From an uncultured Phycisphaeraceae bacterium (GTDB lineage: Bacteria; Planctomycetota; Phycisphaerae; Phycisphaerales; Phycisphaeraceae): a DNA stretch of 64,000 nt. The first letter of the stretch is position 1; every line of letters starts with the position of its first letter. The DNA is taken from contig CAYRND010000001.1 in NCBI GenBank assembly GCA_964425365.1, positions 1,708-65,707 of the forward strand, in the 5' to 3' direction. The position numbers and the translations under genes were made by a program. The notes below the pieces were generated by a model, which worked only from the letters and a program-made list of their open reading frames with translations, searched no databases and was not told the origin of the DNA. Shown here piece after piece: positions 61,892 through 64,000 of this stretch.

Positions 61892-64000
61892 ATGGCGATT
61901 CAACATGTCAATGCCATCAGTAACCGCCTGAGCCTCCGGCCGCCCCAGCGTGATTCGCTGGAGATTCTGGCCCGGGTCTGTGAGATCGTGTCACTGGCCA
62001 AGGACGCCGACCCGGCAGCGGCACTGGAAGCGATTGAAAGCGAGTTTCAAACAGTCGAGGATTTTGAGCGTGAGTTTCCGTCGCTGTGCTTTGCTCTGGC
62101 GACGGGTGTGGGCAAGACAAGGCTGATGGGTGCGTTCATTGCTTACCTGTTTCAGTCCGAGGGCATTCGGAACTTCTTCGTGCTTGCGCCGAATCTGACG
62201 ATTTACAACAAGCTGATCGCGGACTTTACGCCGAACACACCCAAGTATGTATTCAAGGGTATCGGTGAGTTTGCGATCAATCCGCCGGTGGTCATCACGG
62301 GTGAGACATATGAATCAATTTCATCAACACGCGATCATTTATATGGCATGTCCTCTTCAAATGACTGCCACATCAACATCTTCAACATCTCAAAGATCAA
62401 CAGCGAGGTGCGCGGCGGCAATGCTCCGCGCATCAAGCGACTGAGCGAGTACATCGGTCAGAGTTACTTCGATTATCTGGCGGAATTGGACGACCTGGTG
62501 ATGCTGATGGACGAAAGCCATCGTTACCGTGCGACGGCGGGTGTGCGGGCGATCAACGAGCTTAAGCCGATTCTCGGCCTGGAACTGACCGCCACGCCGC
62601 AGATAGAACGTGGCAGTAAGTCGGAGCCATTTAAAAATGTCATCTACAGCTATCCGCTGTCGGCGGCAATGACGGACGGGTTTGTTAAGGAGCCAGCCGT
62701 AGCGACACGGGAGAACTTTGATTACAAAGCCTATTCGCCCGAGGGCCTGGAGAAGATCAAACTCGAAGACGGCGTGCGGATTCATGAGAATACGAAGGTC
62801 GAGCTGGAGGTGTACGGTCGCAATCATGGCAAGGACGTGGTCAAGCCGTTCATGCTGGTTGTGGCGACCGACACTACGCATGCCAATGCCCTCCAGCAGG
62901 TCATCGAAGGCGATACGTTCTTCGATGGCCGGTACAAGGGCAAGGTCATCCAGGTGCACTCGAATATCCGGGGCGAGGAGAAGGATGATGTGGTTCAGCA
63001 GCTATTGACTGTTGAGCATGCGGATAATCCGGTGGAGATCGTCATTCACGTCAATATGCTCAAGGAAGGCTGGGACGTGACGAACCTCTATACCATTGTT
63101 CCGCTACGGGCGGCGAACTCGCGCACGCTCGTGGAGCAGTCCATCGGTCGCGGGTTGCGTTTGCCGTATGGCAAGCGTGTGGGTGTGCCGGCGGTGGACC
63201 GGTTGACTATTGTTTCACATGACAAGTTCCAGGAGATTGTGGACCACGCCAATGATCCGGACTCGATTATCCGTGCGGGCGTGGTAATTGGGCGGGATAT
63301 TCCGGAAGCTGGCCGCAAGGCTGTGGAGGTCAGGAGTGTGTTTGAGGAGGTGATTACTCACGCGGAGGCGCGGAGCGGCGGAGAGGGATTGAATGATAAG
63401 CAGCGGGAGCTTTTTGAGAGGCCGGAGGTGCAGGAGGTCGCCAAGGCAACCTACCAGGTCATCAAGCAGTTCGAACGGCTCAAGGGAAGCGATCAACTCC
63501 AGAACCCCGAGGTCCAGCGGGAAATGGTGCAGAAGGTCCAGGAGAACATTCGGCCTGCCCAGGGCGTGCTTGAAGGCATTGTCGAGGCGGTGAACGTGGC
63601 CGAGGTGGTGCAGAAGACCACGGAGCTGTATCGCGAGCTGTCTATCGACGTGCCGAAGATCGTGGTCGTGCCTAAGGGTGAAGTGACCTGCGGATATGAA
63701 GACTTCGATCTTGACGCACGTAACATCAACCTTCAGCCGGTCGCCCAAGACATCTTGATTCAGCACCTGCACGAGAACCAGCGTTACCGCCTGCAGGATG
63801 GGTCGGGAATCATTCAGGAGAAGCGGCCCGAGGACTACCTCGTTCGCGGGCTGATCGATTTTGATGATGTCAGCTACGACGAGCACGCGGGGCTGCTGTA
63901 CAAGCTGGCGGGCCAGGTCGTGGCGCGGCTACGCGAATACCTGGCCGACGAAGATGACGTCATCAACGTGCTTCAATATCACCAGCAGAGCTTGGTAAAC
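61892..64000 (+). CDS. res: Type III restriction enzyme Res subunit (SF2 helicase-nuclease); the 3' end runs off the window
   Basis: Own translation from the ATG at 61892, open to 64000 (703 codons): MAIQHVNAISNRLSLRPPQRDSLEIL.., motif I FALATGVGKTRLM, motif II VMLMDESHRY, later LKEGWDVTNLYTIVPLR. It is absent from the ORF track because there is no stop in the window. Confidence 0.85.
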   Translation, partial: MAIQHVNAISNRLSLRPPQRDSLEILARVCEIVSLAKDADPAAALEAIESEFQTVEDFEREFPSLCFALATGVGKTRLMGAFIAYLFQSEGIRNFFVLAPNLTIYNKLIADFTPNTPKYVFKGIGEFAINPPVVITGETYESISSTRDHLYGMSSSNDCHINIFNISKINSEVRGGNAPRIKRLSEYIGQSYFDYLAELDDLVMLMDESHRYRATAGVRAINELKPILGLELTATPQIERGSKSEPFKNVIYSYPLSAAMTDGFVKEPAVATRENFDYKAYSPEGLEKIKLEDGVRIHENTKVELEVYGRNHGKDVVKPFMLVVATDTTHANALQQVIEGDTFFDGRYKGKVIQVHSNIRGEEKDDVVQQLLTVEHADNPVEIVIHVNMLKEGWDVTNLYTIVPLRAANSRTLVEQSIGRGLRLPYGKRVGVPAVDRLTIVSHDKFQEIVDHANDPDSIIRAGVVIGRDIPEAGRKAVEVRSVFEEVITHAEARSGGEGLNDKQRELFERPEVQEVAKATYQVIKQFERLKGSDQLQNPEVQREMVQKVQENIRPAQGVLEGIVEAVNVAEVVQKTTELYRELSIDVPKIVVVPKGEVTCGYEDFDLDARNINLQPVAQDILIQHLHENQRYRLQDGSGIIQEKRPEDYLVRGLIDFDDVSYDEHAGLLYKLAGQVVARLREYLADEDDVINVLQYHQQSLVN
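63361..63384 (+). repeat. (CGCGGAGN)x3 octamer repeat, copy C, in frame inside res
   Basis: tCA CGCGGAGG CGCGGAGC GGCGGAGA ggg. Within Res it is translated as ..THAEARSGGEG... Confidence 0.75.

Noticed and set aside
60120-63886. Large minus-strand ORFs 60120..61043 (307 aa), 61083..61526, 62390..62959 and 63215..63886
   Set aside because: They are antisense to mod, rhuM and res, which all have clear family motifs. The antisense products are L/V/D/H-rich and featureless.
51909-64000. Assignment of the island to DISARM, BREX, Zorya or another named multi-gene system
   Set aside because: The hallmark partners are absent from the window: DUF1998 helicase, PLD nuclease, PglZ/BrxC, ZorAB. Only a generic 'defence island' label and a standard Type III R-M call are justified without profile searches.

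Overview
The window is a bacterial chromosome segment. A PVC-superphylum origin (Planctomycetota/Phycisphaerae, Lentisphaerota or Kiritimatiellota-like) is inferred from a DUF1559/H-X9-DG pseudopilin, PEP-CTERM anchors and dockerin-type repeats; this taxonomic guess is unverified.

Layout, left to right:
(1) A truncated trxB (1-900, minus strand).
(2) A cobalamin riboswitch (about 3740-3952, minus strand). It leads a tight three-gene operon encoding two PEP-CTERM proteins and a DUF1559 pseudopilin-like protein, with no canonical B12 transport or synthesis genes.
(3) tRNA-Gly(GCC) at 4213-4284.
(4) A co-directional minus-strand gene block of about 43 kb (47220 down to 4626), with many 1-4 nt stop/start overlaps.
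- It begins with a hybrid assembly line: NRPS (C*-A-T-C-A-T), NRPS (dock-C-A-T-C-A-T), PKS (KS-AT-KR-DH-ACP), NRPS (dock-C-A-T-C-A-T). None of these carries a TE, R or terminal-C release domain.
- Next come two tandem alpha/beta-hydrolase-fold proteins, one with Cys and one with Arg at the nucleophile elbow.
- Then a GH39-like lipoprotein, a type II thioesterase, an Sfp-type PPTase and an ABC-2 exporter.
- Then a PIG-L deacetylase, five glycosyltransferases, a Wzy/O-antigen-ligase-like protein, a Wzz-like chain-length determinant and two small tail-anchored proteins.
(5) Housekeeping-type genes: a GH36 alpha-galactosidase, a hypothetical protein and rpiB.
(6) A non-coding, G/T-rich and C-depleted microsatellite region of about 850 bp (50940-51780).
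(7) A defence-type island:
- an SNF2 helicase;
- a DinD homologue that reads through into a HAD-like gene fragment;
- an AlbA_2/Schlafen-HATPase protein;
- a 3' remnant of a second SNF2 gene;
- an unknown 331-aa protein translationally coupled to a VapC PIN toxin;
- a Type III R-M system (mod, embedded rhuM, and res running off the window).

A short (CGCGGAGN)x3 repeat recurs at four places, twice exactly at the junctions of gene fragments. I found no rRNA, CRISPR array, transposase or integrase. All calls rest on hand translation and motif recognition; no database search was possible.
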